A stretch of 63,387 nt of DNA, filler included, from Octopus bimaculoides (lineage: Eukaryota), in assembly GCF_001194135.2 (NCBI RefSeq). It is 10 parts of 8 records of this genome, joined end to end, with 100 filler letters (N's around TTAATTAATTAA, not from the genome) between each part and the next. Parts side by side here need not be neighbours in the genome. Positions count along the whole stretch, not along the records: positions 61,258 to 63,387 come from NC_068986.1; 9 more parts are not named here. One strand, given 5' to 3'. This document shows positions 62,838 to 63,387 of the stretch, in pieces. Under the pieces are notes generated by a model. The model was given only the letters and a program-made list of their open reading frames with translations, made no database searches and had not been told where the DNA came from. Every line of letters begins with the position of its first letter. The stretch's first letter is position 1. A program made the position numbers and the translations under genes.

Positions 62838-63080
62838 TTATTTAGAGAACTGAAAACAGTAGGAAACACCTGCTAGTTCTCTGAATTTTTCAGTACAAAA
62901 ATGGATATCTATGAATGCATTAGTTAATAAATTTCGTTTATAGATATCTTTGGAATTAAGATGGCGTTTAGCTTTTGAAAAATCTAGTGGTGACTCATGA
63001 TTATCTCTTTCTATGTTTTGTTTGTAGATGTGAACTTTACAAAAGATATTGTCATCAGATAGTGTGTTGTTAGATATTAT
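62838..63080 (-). CDS. Candidate exon (IISNNTLSDDNIFCKVHIYKQNIERDNHESPLDFSKAKRHLNSKDIYKRNLL...), product unknown
   Basis: 80 open codons of non-repetitive AT-rich sequence after acceptor TCTTGTTCATTCAG. No family recognised. Confidence 0.3.
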   Translation of the reverse strand: MISNNTLSDDNIFCKVHIYKQNIERDNHESPLDFSKAKRHLNSKDIYKRNLLTNAFIDIHFCTEKFRELAGVSYCFQFSK

Positions 63081-63347
63081 CTGAATGAACAAGATATTTA
63101 GTATGTACGTAGATGGATAGACACATAAATGCCAGCGAGGGCAAAACACTGTAGACGCATATAAAAAATGGAATACAGACATACATCCAAAACACACACA
63201 CACACATGCTCACACACACACACACATGTACACACATATCGTTCTGTACAAATGTACGCATATATATATAACTACATACACACAAACATAAGTATATATA
63301 CTTATGTGTATGTATATACACAAATATATACATACATATATAGGTCA

Positions 63348-63387
<40 letters not shown>

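Overview
An AT-rich, microsatellite-dense animal genomic window with many N gaps. The SINE families, the LINE mix and the repeat density suggest an octopod cephalopod draft assembly (inference, not verified). No complete host gene, rRNA, true tRNA gene or CRISPR array is supportable. Most long ORFs in the track are microsatellite or N-gap artefacts. The window is dominated by transposon relics: at least five tRNA-headed or RTE-tailed SINE families; RTE, CR1/Jockey-like, CRE-like, Hero-like and R4/Dong-like LINE fragments; one Penelope-like element with a GIY-YIG domain; Tc1/mariner (DD37D-like), Tigger/pogo and hAT fragments; several MITEs; and a probable Helitron end. The most interesting observations are: (1) a tRNA-headed SINE whose 3' part carries a hammerhead-ribozyme-like core, present as a head-to-head pair at 5.7-6.2 kb; (2) a degenerate minimal hammerhead at the 3' end of the Penelope-like element (46.6 kb); (3) a 285-codon gag-like CCHC zinc-knuckle ORF with no adjacent RT; (4) a MITE filled with TTAGGG-like repeats; (5) long fold-back structures; and (6) a SINE insertion that splits an exon-like frame. 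Several short exon candidates are listed at low confidence. Coordinates of decayed elements are approximate.
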